This document shows positions 40,901 to 54,800 of a DNA stretch of 64,000 bases, piece after piece; positions within the stretch are counted from its first letter, which is position 1; every line of letters starts with the position of its first letter. This stretch comes from Octopus vulgaris (Eukaryota). The position numbers were made by a program, and so were the translations under genes. The notes beneath the pieces are model-generated. The model did no database searches. It saw only the letters and a list, made by a program, of their open reading frames with translations, and was not told the origin of the DNA. The DNA lies in NCBI GenBank assembly GCA_951406725.2, contig OX597829.1, forward strand, positions 41,168,001 to 41,232,000, read 5' to 3'.

Positions 40901-43462
40901 GTACCCAAACAACTGCACCTGATCATCACATTCCACTAATCTTGGAATCAACAAGAAGCTCTCATATGAGACACTACACAGTAGGATCAACTAAGAAGCT
41001 TGTAACTGCAAACAGAACTGCTTAACCAGTCAGCCATGTGTGTGTGTGTGTGAGTGTGTGTGTCAATTTAATACACAACTGAAAGAGCTATTAATAGTTT
41101 CATTCTTTTATGATATTTGACAGGCATATTTATAAATACGCCAGGTTATTTCCAGGCAATCTTTTGGGCTCTGTTTATGCATTATATATAACTAGCAGTA
41201 TCGCCCGGCGTTGCTCGGATTTGTAAGGGAAATAACTATATAAGCATTTTTAGAGAGTTATAGCCAAAAAATAGCAAAAAAATGCATTCAAAATGGAAAA
41301 AAATGATGGTAAATTTTTTTTTAAATCGTTGACTCATCGTAGACATTTTTGAGAGTTACTTCCCTTATATAATAGCGAAAAAATGCATTAAAATGGAAAA
41401 AAATGACGGTAATGTTTTTTTTAAATCGTAGACTCATCGTAGACACGCGCTAATACCCAGAAGGGCTCGATATGAATCATGACTATAAGATACCCGGTTT
41501 TGGTTAAACTGCACCGCAAAATGTGGGAGTAGTTAGGAATCTAAATCGTAGGAGACAGACACACAACCTTACTTTTATATATAAAGATTTTAAAAACAAG
41601 AACGCTGGATGATTTGAAAATAAGAAAAAACCTAGAAAAAACATGAAGAAGGTTGGTGCAAAAAATGGAATAAGGAAAAAAAATTGAAATCAAGAAATAA
41701 ATTTATATTTATCTCTTATTAGATGGATTACTCTTTTTGATTGATTCTACCACCAAATGGAAAGCAGGCCATGTAACATAACAGTTGTCGGCTGTCTATC
41801 TACTCCTCATTTCGAGCACTGAATGACAATATGAGCCTCCCATACATGCCGAAATAAAATTTGGGACTTATGGAAGGTCAACGTTGGGAACAAAAACAGG
41901 ACAGTGGAGATATACAAGGAAACTGAACAAAAATAAAGAGGGTTGTTAGACCAGAATGAGGGTAAAAAAAGTGAATGCTGGAGAAATATTGTCTTTGACA
42001 AGAGAAAAGATATAAGAGAGAGACAGGACATGTGCTATCTTTACAACAGTTGTGAAAGAAAAGAATGATCACATGAGGAAGAGAAAGATGGATGATGGTC
42101 ATGTGTGAGCAACAAGAGATAGAAACAATGAAAGAAGGAAAGTGAGAGAGAGAGAGAGACAGATAGAAGATGATGAAGGGGAGGAAAAAGGGAAATTAGG
42201 GAAAGAGTGAGAGAGAATGAGAGAAAAAAACAGTATAGAGCCGCATCAAAAAGTTAAAGATAAACTTGGGAATGGATGTGTGGCATTCAATCGAATAATA
42301 ATAATAATAATATATATATATATATATCATCATCATCATCATCATCGTTTAACGTCCGTTCTCCCTCTCTCTCTCTCACTTTTACTTGATCTGTCCCCTT
42401 CTCTCTCTACTCATCCTCTTTTTCTCTTCTCTTTCCTCTGATTCTTTGGTCTAATCTTCCACTACCCTCCTATTTCTTTGTCTCGCTCTGCACTCACAGG
42501 TCGCTCTTCGACACCCATCCCTTCTCCTCTCTGATTCCTTCTTTCTCTCTCTTCTCGCTCTTTGTCGCGTTTGTCCCTCCTCTCTCTCTCTCTTCCGTTG
42601 CTTCTCTTTCTTTTCTTTTCTCTCTTCTCTGTCACGTGACTGCTGGCCGAAATCTGCCTTTCAGCTTCTGACCAGCGTCGTGTTAACATCGTTGTTTTTC
42701 GTCCGCCGCTATAGGCATCGCCGATAAGGCTCCTTTCCTTGCGCCAGAGAAAAAATTTGTTTGCTTGTTATCAGTCGTAAGACACTTGTTGTTGTTTTCA
42801 CCGTTAATGCTTCTGTATTTCATGTTTCTGTATTCCATTATTTTTTTTTTTTTTTTTATATTCGTCCCTTTTGCTGTCCTGGTGTCCGTATGCATTCGAT
42901 CCTTCTTCCAGGAAATCTACGCTCCCGGCTTAGTTTTTCTAATGCTCGTTGCTTAGTTTTTCTTGGAGGGCTGGCCGTGATCTAGTAATCTCAAGATTAA
43001 TCAGCCGAAATTACTACGATGATCCGGTTCTTGACTGAAGACTGAGGGTTTCGAATGTCCTGTCCGTGTTTATTGTATCGTCTTCTAAGAGTTATACGTT
43101 CTTGTCCATGTTGTATTTTTCTACATACCTTAATATATATATATATATATATACTGGTAAAAATGGTAAGATAACAAAAGAAAGAAAAAGACCTCAATAT
43201 TATGTAAATGGAGGAAATTTATCTATAAAATAATATGCTACAAATACTCAATAGTCAAGATAAAACTCTGAGTTTTTCAGATGGCCAGATAACCGAAGAG
43301 ATGGTGTTGTGGATTTCCACTTCGGCATCTGAAACTCAGAGTTTTATCTTGACTATTGAGTATTTGTAACGAAGCTTTGTGATTGAATTCGGCAGGCGGA
43401 AGTTACTGCCGTGTATATGTGCGTGTAGGTGCTTGTGCCTCTCCGAAAGAGAGAGAGAGAAT

Positions 43463-43555
<93 letters not shown>

Positions 43556-43938
43556 CACACACACACATGCATATATGACTACAGGACGTCACCAAACAGT
43601 AAGCAACATGAAATATGAAAGTAAATGCGTTCAATATGCAAAGAAAACAAGAGAAACAAATGGAAAACAGGACAAGTAACATAAAGAACGACCCTTCATC
43701 AGTTGTTGGCTATCTACTCCTCAGGGAGCAACTTCCTTTGAAGAATCATATTGTCGTTCAATGCTTGAAATGAGGAGTAGATAGACAGCCAACAACTGAC
43801 GATGGGTCATTCTTTATGTTACTTGTCCTGTTTTCCATGTTTCTCTCATTGTTTGCGTATTGAACTCATTTACTTTCGTATTTCATGTTGTTTACTGTTT
43901 GGTGATGTCCTGTACCCACATATGCATGTGTATATATG

Positions 43939-43975
<37 letters not shown>

Positions 43976-44187
43976 TTTATTTAAAAGCAGCAGAAATATA
44001 ACAAAAGCTGTTACTCTTTTTTTTTCCAGTTCTATTTTAACAAAACTGTCTGACAAATGGGAACGTGAAACTCCGAGTAACAGCTTTTGTTATATTTCTG
44101 CTGCTTTTAAATAAAGCATATTACTCTACCTCTGGTATTTGAGTACTCTTTTTTCCACCTTGTTTCACATTTATGTGCTTACTCTGG

Positions 44188-44234
<47 letters not shown>

Positions 44235-47200
44235 CTCTGTCATATACATTCTCATGTTATATTGATCTGTACATCTTGAATTGTATTTAATGGTTGTTTA
44301 CCAACTCTACTTGAACACACCAACATTTTTGTCTTCCTCTAATCATTTTTCCTATTGTCATTCCCCCAAATTCTCCTTAATTACACTAAACATTTCATCA
44401 AATAATTCCTGCATTCCCACTATAACCATCTTCAGGATAACTTGAACACTATTAGCCTTTTCATTGCAGAAATCAGATATACCTTACTAACACTTCCTTA
44501 CTCTTGACTGTGGAAAGCAGCCTTATATGGCAATCACTCTTTTGTTGAGAAATGTCACGTTTTTTCATTTTGTAAGATATATGTCAAGTTTATTGGGCAA
44601 CATGACTTGCAGAAATCAACAATTCTATTTTTTGGTATCGTTACCAACATTGCTTCACTGGCACCTGTGCCAGTGGCACGTGTAAAAAGATTCATGCAAG
44701 GTCTTTGCCAGTAACACCTGACGGTGGCACTGAAAAAGCACCCACTACACTCTCGGAGTGGTTGGCGTTAGGAAGGGCATCCAGCTGTAGAATCTCCGCC
44801 AGATCAAGACTGGAGCTTGGTGCAGCCATCTGGCTTGCCAGCCCACAGTCAAAATTGTCCAACCTATGCTAGCATGGAAAGCAGACGTTAAACGATGATG
44901 ATGATGATGATGACCATTAATGAAATAACAATGAAATTTAATTTTGTAGTTAATGGGCTAATAAAAAAAAAATCACATTCCCATATCACATACCTTGTTG
45001 TAGCCAATTTCTTCATTTAAGATCTTTGTCCGTGATCCACCAAAAAACCCTGACAACCAGAGAAAAGAGAACAATAGCTGATAGCAGTGAAGGTAGGTGG
45101 GTGAGAGGGTGATGGAATAAGTTTGGTTACAATGCAGACATTTAAAGAAAAGAAGAATAACAGTTAAATGGGATTTGAGACAGAAAAAAAAAATGGAAAT
45201 TAATGAAGACAAAATCAGTTACATAGAAAAAGAGTGAAATTAGAAAAATTGAGAAATGTTAAAAAAGATTCATAAAATTTTTTGTCCCATGCTCAGAATT
45301 AAATCATGCACAACATAGTAATAGTTTGCTTACCTTCCAAATAAAGTTCATTTTTCTCAAGATAAACAATCTTTCCTTTTGAACATGAAGTGTAATATTG
45401 GCTATAGAAGAGAGAAAGTGACAGGAGTCTTAGAATTATTGGCATCAAAGAAGTTGGAATGAGGATTGGTTAAAGTAGGAAACTAACTGATTATAGTTAC
45501 AATTAGACCTTTGATAACAAATGATGGAGTTTGCTATCACCCTCAATACTCTTACTGCAACCTCTGCTCCTAAGCCTCTCCCATATCTCTCTCCATCTTC
45601 TGCTAAACTCACCTCAATCCTGACCACCCACCCAGTCCAAACCTCTATATCATTTCACTTATTTTCATCACCCCAGTATCTCTCTGGGGCATGTCCCAAC
45701 ACATCTTTGCCATTATCTCTTTTACTATCACTCTCCTTATCTTACTAACTCACCCGCCTTTCCTTTCCACCTGGGGTACCCGTGTATCTATGGCATGACC
45801 CCTATTTCCGTCCCTCTATACCTTTACTCTCTCAACTGGCACAACTCTACCCCACTCCCAGTTGAGGTTTTTTTTTTTGCCTTTTTTGTTTTTCTAGGTG
45901 TTCGGTGACTCTCTCAGTGATGGTGCTACATTAAAAACACTTGTTCACTCTGTAAAATGTTTGGTATTAGGAAGGGCATCCAGCTGTAGAAACCACATTA
46001 AAACAGGCCATCGGGCCTGGTATGGCTCCTAGCCTTGCTAGCTCCTGTCATCTAAACTATGCCAGCATGGAAATTGGATGTTAAATGAAATTGATGAGTG
46101 CAGTGCCAAATATAATCATATTACAGCATTCGTTTTCCTTACTAAGATGGGATTAATTTTGCCAATCATCTTACAAAGTTCAGTATAGTAGCAACAATAA
46201 CATCAACAACAGCAGATGTATCTAGGTTATTTTCAGCTGTTAGCTTTGCAGGCCCCATAACAATCTTCTCAGTTTTTCCCTATCTCCTTTATCAGTCGAT
46301 CATTTGATACTGGGCTACACAGAAAGAAGAAATTTCAAAATTTTTTTTTCCTGTTTTATTAAGTATTGTAGTCATTGGGGGATGTTTTTTGCATTATATA
46401 TGTATAAATATATGTCATAATTAAATTATATATTACACAATTTATTGTATTTTGTCATGCATGCAATCCCCCCAGTCTGTGGAAGAACTGTTTTGCAGAA
46501 AAAGTTTGGGGACCTCTGCCCCATATTACACTTTACCAAAGCTCTCACCCTCATTTACTCTGTAATCGTTATCAACGTCGCCTTACTAGCACCTGTGCTG
46601 GTGGCATGTGTAAAAAGATTCGAGTGAGGTCATTGCCAGTACCACCTGAATGGCCCCGTGCCGGTGGCACATAAAAAGCGCCCACGACACTCTCAGAGTG
46701 GTTGGTGAAGGGCATCAAGCTGTAGAAACTCTGCCAGATCAAGATTGGAGCCTGGTGTGGCCGTCTGGTTCGCCAGCCCTCAGTCAAAATCGTGCAACCC
46801 ATGCTAGCATGGAAGGCGGACGTTAAATGATGATGATGATGATCATCATCATCATATTTATCATGTCTTTCTCTCTTAGCTTTCCTCTTCTTCCTTCCAC
46901 ATTTATTCTGTCACTCCTTTTACTCACTTTATTCCTTCCTCAATTTGGGACTCAGCCATCAAATGCAATGATCATAAAAGGTGTCTAAAACAGCTGGTGC
47001 CAAGAAGATAAGAGGCCAGCAAAAATGATCCCATAATGATTTGTGATGATTTGTGTGTGTGTGTGTGCATGTGTGTGTGTGAGTGTATGTGCATGTTTGC
47101 GTGTATGTGTGTGCACATGCGTGTTTGTGTGAGTATGTGCGTACGTGCATGTGTCTGTGTTCGTGTTTCTCCCACACCACTGCTTGACAACCAGTACTGG

Positions 47201-50200
47201 TTTGTTTATATTCACACAACTTAGCAGTTTGGCAAAAATTGACTGAAAGAATATGTACTAGACTTGAAGAAAAAGAAAAAGGCACTGGCGATTGATTTGT
47301 TCGACTAAACCCTTCATCATGGTCGCAATCTAATGACTAAAACAAATAAGCAATAAAAGATACCAGTGCATGTGTTTTAACATGTACAATGTTTTTACTA
47401 AAACACAATTATATTTGGATTGACCCTGAAAGGATGACAGGCAAAGTCGACCTTAAGCAGAAATTGAACTCAGAACATGAAGACCAACGAATAATAATAA
47501 TAATAATAATAGTAATAATCCTTTTGACTAAAGGCACAAGGCTGAAAATTTTGGGGAAGGAGACAGTTGATTATATCGACCCCAGTACTTAACTGGCACT
47601 TATTTTATTGACCCTGAAAAGATGACAGGCAAGGTTGACCTCAGTGGAATTTAAACTCAGAACATGAAGACGGATAAAATACTGCTAAGCATTTTGTCTA
47701 GTATGCTAATGATTCTGCCAGCTTGCCACGTTAACAACAACAACAACAATAATGATAATGGTAATTGTAACAAACCCTTTAAAAAATGGTGATGGTTTCA
47801 ACAGATGTGACTCTGAAATAAAAAAAGAAAATATATATATATAATTAAACCACACAATAAAACTTCAGTTGATAATATCGGGTTAAAAAGAAAGTGACAA
47901 AGCTGATATGCTTTATAGTAAGTTTAAAGAACATAACAAAAAAAAAATTAATGTTTTAATAAAAATTAAATGAGCATGAATAACCATTATTTTCAAATTG
48001 CATATGACCATCTTGTGTGTGGGTAGCAAAACAGAAAATATTCAATACTCAAGGACACCTGCTGCATGAAAATTTAATAGTAAAGTGGGCACTAAAAGAA
48101 TAATTCTAGTCCAGAATTTGTCATTTAGATAATGAGTGATCTCCCTATTAGGGGTTTAACCCTTTCATTACCAACCCAGCTGAATCCGCCTCTGGCTCTG
48201 TAGTACAAATGTCTTGTTTCCATAAGTTTTGAATTAAAATCTTCCACCAAACCTTAGTCACAATTTATGTTCCTAACACTAGCTGAATGATAACTATGTT
48301 ATTTTACTAAATTCTTTGTTATATTTAAAATTAATTAATTGAAAGAAACACAGAGCATCTCAAAATAAATACAGTAATGAAAGGGTTAATTTTACTAGAT
48401 TAAAATTTCTTGGTGAGACTACATACAGTATGCTGATATATACTTTTATAACATATAAGAAGGTAATTTTACTTCACAAGTAAAATATTATATATTTTAA
48501 ATCAAAATGATCAAGAGTATTTGTTTTAAGCAAGCACTTTAACATTATTTTACTAACATCATCATCATCATCCTTTAATGTCCGTTTTCCATGCTTGCAT
48601 GGGCTGGATGGTATGACCAGAACTGGCAAGCCAGGGTGCCATATCAGGTTCTAGTCTGATTGGCTTGGTTTCTATAGCTGGAGGTCCTTCCCAACACAAA
48701 CCACTTCACAGTTTGTGCTGGGTGCTTTTAACATGGCACTGGCATGAGCACTTCTACACAGCACTGGCATGAGTACTTTTCACATGGTACCAGCACAGGA
48801 GTCTTTCAGGCCAATCCCCTTCATTGGAAGACGTAACCTTAATACTTCTACTGTGGAGGACAGGTGTTCTTGAGAACAGCAAGGTGCCAGGTATCTTGGT
48901 CCTTTGTCATTATGTCAAAATATTTATGAGGTTTCAATAAATAACATGGGAAAACATTAAATTTATTTAAGGAAAATAATAAATTACAAAACTACATAAA
49001 GAAAATGATTGTAGTGTGGATGATACACATTAGCCACTCAAAAGCACACAAGGACCGTTAACTTCACTTAAACATTTATCATGTTCAATGGAAATTTTGA
49101 CGCCAAATAGTTAACAGTCTTTTGTGTGTCTCAAATAGTTAACATATGTCTTCTACACTGTAATTATTTTAGTTTCAACATGTGGTCTCAAGATCAAATC
49201 ACTTGCCTGGCAAAAGCATCAATGAAATATATGAAGAGAATATTTCTCTTCTGAGTTTTGAAGAACAGATTAGAAATTCCAACATTTAAACATCAAATAT
49301 GAAACAAAGAACTCACTTATAAACTTTGAATTAATGTTAACACCAGTAAGTGAAGATGACTGTGGAATACAAATCACATAACATTTCTCCTGAGCTTCTT
49401 CAAACTGAGACAAAAAGTTGGTCTGAAAAAAGCAGAAGACAATTTGCCCAAAGTAACATTTAACAACAAATAAAAGAGAAAAATTACTTAAACATAATGT
49501 AATTTAATTTAATATAAATAAATGCATGTATGCTTCTTAGGTTCAACCTTTCTCTCAGGGCACTAACACTCTGTCGGGTATGCACACTGACATTACACAT
49601 CCATCGGAGCATACTGGCTTCATTCCTTGCGAGCTTACGCATGTCCTCAGCAGTCACATCCCATGTTTCACTGCCATGTAGCATGGCTGTTCGTACACAT
49701 GCGTCGTACAGTCTACCCTTCACTCTGAGTGAGAGGTCCTTTGTCACCAGCAGAGGTAAGAGCTCTCTGAACTTAACCCAGGTTATTCTTATTCTAGCAG
49801 TTACACTTTCAGCGCACCCTCCCCCGCTACTGACTTGGTCACCTAGGTAATGGAAGCTATCAACTACTTCTAGTTTTTCACCCTGGAATGTGGCAGAAGT
49901 TGTTCTCTGCACATTTTCAGTGTTTATTGATCCTGAGCATCTGCCACTTACAAAAACTATCTTCCCAGTTAGCCTTCCTTTGATATTGCTGCAACTCTTA
50001 TGTGTCCATAGCTTACACTGGGTGCATCTTATAGAGTTTCTACCTACGCCTTTTCTACAGACTCAGCATGCACATATGCATGTATGTGTGCATCCATCTA
50101 CCCCCGCCTCATCCATCCAACTCTATCCATTATTCCTGAAAGGATTCTGTGAGTTAAATCCTCATACAGCTCCTCTTCCATATCATCCCATCCTGTGTCA

Positions 50201-51809
50201 TTTCAATCACATGTCCAGAGTACCAAAGCCATGACTTCTCAATGCAGAGATGTAGTGGCTTGACCTAGATAGAGACCCCCTAATTTCCAAACTGCACACC
50301 CTGTCAAATAACATAACTCCAGAAATCCTTCAGAAGAACCCCATTTCAACTGCTTGTATTCGTGATTGTACTGTTTTGGGATCTTTTCAGTCTGAACGGC
50401 AGTTTTTAACATAAATTCTAGGTAACTAAAAAATTTTAAACTTCGTATACTGGTAGAATGTGTTTATAAAACATCTTTTTCTCTTGACTTTACTGAGAAA
50501 ATTCTATAGTTTGTAAGATATTTGTTGTTTTTTCTTCAATTTCTGCAATTTCAACCAATCAGTGACGTCTATTGAGGTAACAAAAACATTCTGTGCCGTA
50601 TGAATATGTCACTCGTTTAAGAAACAGATTGGGTTTATTTACATTTGTGAAGAAAAAAAGATACCCTTCTCCCCACTCCTAACCTTAACTCTAAAACAGA
50701 TTGAAATGCAGTAGATCGATACTAGGGTCATAATTATGGGTGACAATTTCATATGACACCGCTAGTAAAAACTGCTGTTCAAACCGAAAAGATCCCTCTT
50801 TTGGTCGCTACCTAAGATTTATGACCATAGGTGAGGACAGGCACAAAAACCAAATTGAAGAACTTTTTTTGTTCTGTGATACTCTATCGCTAGTGAATAA
50901 AGTCATGCATGGGGAAACTACTATTCCAGTGATAGAAATATAAGAAGACCACAAATTGGATGATTGAGGGACATGAGGAGAAGAACAAAAAGATAGTAGG
51001 AAACAGGATTTGCCAGATGATCAAGAAAAATGGAAGGGAGGTAGGGAGGCTATGTGACTTGCATCTACAACCTCCCAACGGCCGTGGATTTTCATTTTTT
51101 TTTTTACTGAAGAATGTAAGTATGATCATATATAAGATTATTTTGCTGTTCAGTTTATATGGTTCTCTAGGAGTTATGTAACTCTATTATTATTTTAGGA
51201 TAACGCTAGCATTAATATATATTATTCTATGTGACTAATTAATTAGCAATAACTTTATTAGTATGTCACATAATTTTGTTCCATTCTAATGGTAAAATCT
51301 ATACAAGAGGATTTAGTTTAATTATATATATATATATGCGGAGGCGCAATGGCCCAGTGGTTAGGGCAGCGGACTCGCGGTTGTAGGATCGCTGTTTTGA
51401 TTCCCAGACTGGGCGTTGTGAGTGTTTATTGAGCGAAAACACTTAAAGCTCCACTAGACCCCGGCAGGGGTTGGTGGTGATCCCTGCTGTACTCTTTCGC
51501 CACAACTTATTCTCACTCTTTCTTCTGTTGGCCTGCTCGCTTAGCCAACATGGTGGCATCATTTGAAGGCTAAAACAATACGAAGCGCATTGTGACCAGC
51601 GATGTGTAGCAACATCTGATAGCCTGGTCGGTCACAGTGATCACAGTGATATATATATATATTAATATCATCATCATCATCATCATCGTTTAATGTCCAT
51701 TTTCCATGCATTCAAGGGTTGAATGCAGGGACAGTTGACAGGAGCTGGCCAAGTAGAAAAACTACCCTAGGCTACTGCGTCTGTTTTTGCAGGGATTTTA
51801 CGGCTGGCT

Positions 51810-51851
<42 letters not shown>

Positions 51852-54800
51852 ACTAAGTTGAAGTACCTTTCCTTCAGTTGAAACAAACATGACTATGTTC
51901 TTTACATACATTATAACCCTAAAATTATTTTACAATAGATTGGTTATACATTCTTTTAAGAGGGAAAAAAGGTGTTATAAAGTATAATGTCCTGAATAAC
52001 ACCCAGTCTACAAGCAGAAAACAATCTATTTTGTTATTTTACTTTTTGTTCAATACAGTTTATGTTAGGAGAAAGCGAACATGATTATTACATTTACAGG
52101 TCCACCAAGAGAATTGGTTTGACTGATTTGGTTGTTGTTTAACTTCAATAGCTACAAGTCAACCCTTGTGAGAAAAGTATGGCTGGGGAGAGCTTTCCAG
52201 GGAATTGGTATCCTGGAGATGACAGACCAGGTTTAGTACAGTAATCCCTTGCCATAATGCAGTTCACCTATTGCTGTTTATTATTTAAGCTTACATCAAT
52301 TCCTCTGGTGTTGTTTTGCATTTATAATAAAATAAATATATACAAATTATAAAAATAAAAATAAAAATATACAGTACAGTACTGTTTCTACTTTGTGAAT
52401 TTTCACCTATCGCAGGGGTTTTTAGGACATAACATACAAGACAGTTGAGGGATTACAGTAGTTAGTATAGGGCCTAGTGTCTATTGGGGAGGAGGATACA
52501 CAATATAAGTGACAAGAAAAAGGGAAATGGGTGTGACATGTTGTGGTATTGGTGATATGTAACTAGTTAGGTCTCAAGAGTAGAGATTGTAATAGTAGCA
52601 ACAGAAGAGGCAGAATGAAGATACAGCATATAAAAAACCAGAAACTGGCATATCATATATTAGTCATAGAGTTGTTACCAACCAGACAGATATTTTTTTT
52701 TTCCTTTTGCTTTAGCATATTTTTGTGTGTAGGAGCAGCACTGTTCTGGATGTTTCGGACAGCATTTCAATATCAGTACCACTTGAGTTACTCTCTTTAC
52801 TCTTTTACTCTTTTACTTGTTTCAGTCATTTGACTGCTGCCATGCTGGAGCACCGCCTTTAGTCAAGCAACTCGACCCCGGGACTTATTCTTTTTGTAAG
52901 CCCAGTACTTATTCTATCGGTCTCTTTTTCCGAACCGCTAAGTGACGGGGACGTAAACACACCAGCATCGGTTGTCAAGCAATGCTAGGGGAACAAACAC
53001 AGACACACAAACATACATATATATATACATATATACGACAGGCTTCTTTCAGTTTCCGTCTACCAAATCCACTCACAAGGCATTGGTCAGCCCGGGGCTA
53101 TAGCAGAAGACACTTGCCCAAGATGCCACGCAGTGGGACTGAACCCGGAACCATGTGGTTGGTTAGCAAGCTACTTACCACACAGCCACTCCTGCGCCTA
53201 TTTATGTACTGTATTTTTGTATTTTTTTTTTTAATATCCTGTTGGCATTCACCCAACATGAATTGAACCAGTTCCAATAATTGTATCCAGAGCATTGTGA
53301 ACAGAAAGCGACCATGCACAGCAATCACAGACGTCTCATGTAGAGATAGTCAACCAATTTACAATTCCAGCAATGGACATTGAATGTGTGAAAACCAGAT
53401 ATCAATCCTTCAAATCTGTTTTCAGCTGCCCACCTCACTGTTTACACCGTCCAGGGAGTACATGAGTCTATGGTCTCATGAGTTTTATAAAACATCAACA
53501 GTTTCTCACAGCAGAAATATCTTGTGGTGTTAAGAAGAGTGGTTTACATTTTGACATTTTGCTACATAAAAAGCGTTCAATATATTCTGTAAAATGGTTG
53601 GCACTAGGATGGGCATCTAGCTGTAAAAATCTTGCCAAAACAGATAATGGAACTGAAGCTGCCATGACTCTGCCAAACTAAAGGTGATAAATAGCAAATA
53701 TCAGATTCCATTCTTGTGCCAGAGGAGTGACGGTCTACCAAAATGGTCTCTGCCCCCACCAATCTATAAATTATGTATCACTCTCAGCGAAAACTACTTG
53801 GTCCACCTGTCTTCTTTCCAGGTATAATCACTTTTATAACTTCATTTCTAGATCTTGTACTAAATACTTTACCCAACTGTTATTTCCCATCATTAAATTC
53901 TTACATAGGGAAACCCTGAAACAGAACAGTATCTTGTTTAAAGGTGAGCTCAGTGAAAGCTAGGGATAATCTGCAACACCTCTTGCTTATTCAGAGGACA
54001 ATACTTGCGGATCGACAACATATAAAGAACATGTCATAAAAGGTTTATCGTTTTTTTAAAATTATTTTCAAAGTTTAGCAGTTTGAAACAAAATGTGAAC
54101 CAACAAAAGGAGTAACTATATGGTTACTCAAGTTTCGACTTGCTGTAAACACCAGCCTAACGTCTTCAAATTAGAACTTAAAAAGGAACGACATATTAGA
54201 AAATGCAGTTACAAATATATAAAAAGATTGGACTGTTAAGGCTGGAATTCTTTGATCATATGTCTGCTTAGTCAGAACTGGGCAAAAGCTAAACAACAAC
54301 CACAAAGAAAACTAAATACTAACTTGCAATTGTTCTGGTTGGTCATCAATCTAATTAGTCTTTTAGTGTGGGAGGACTTGACCCATCTCCTCTGATTGAC
54401 TTAATATCAAAACATTTAAAAACATGCATGCACACACACACACACAGAGTCAGAAAATAAAAAAGAGATCTAATTTGTTAATAAACAAGCAAAATAGATT
54501 CCAGTTCCCAATTGAATTTACATAACAGTTCAATATTTAAGAGATGAGGAATTATGTACATTATTTACATTTGACAGATATTTGTCCTCATCTTGTTTGT
54601 TGTTAACACAATGTTTTGGCTGATATACCCTCCAGCCTTCATCAGGTGTCTTGGAGAAATTTTGAACTAGGGTTTTCATTCTTAAGATATTTTTCGATAT
54701 TATTATTATTTAGTTCAATATTTAAGAGATGAGGAATTACGTACATTATTTACATTTGACAGATATTTGTCCTCATCTTGTTTGTTGTTAACACAACGTT

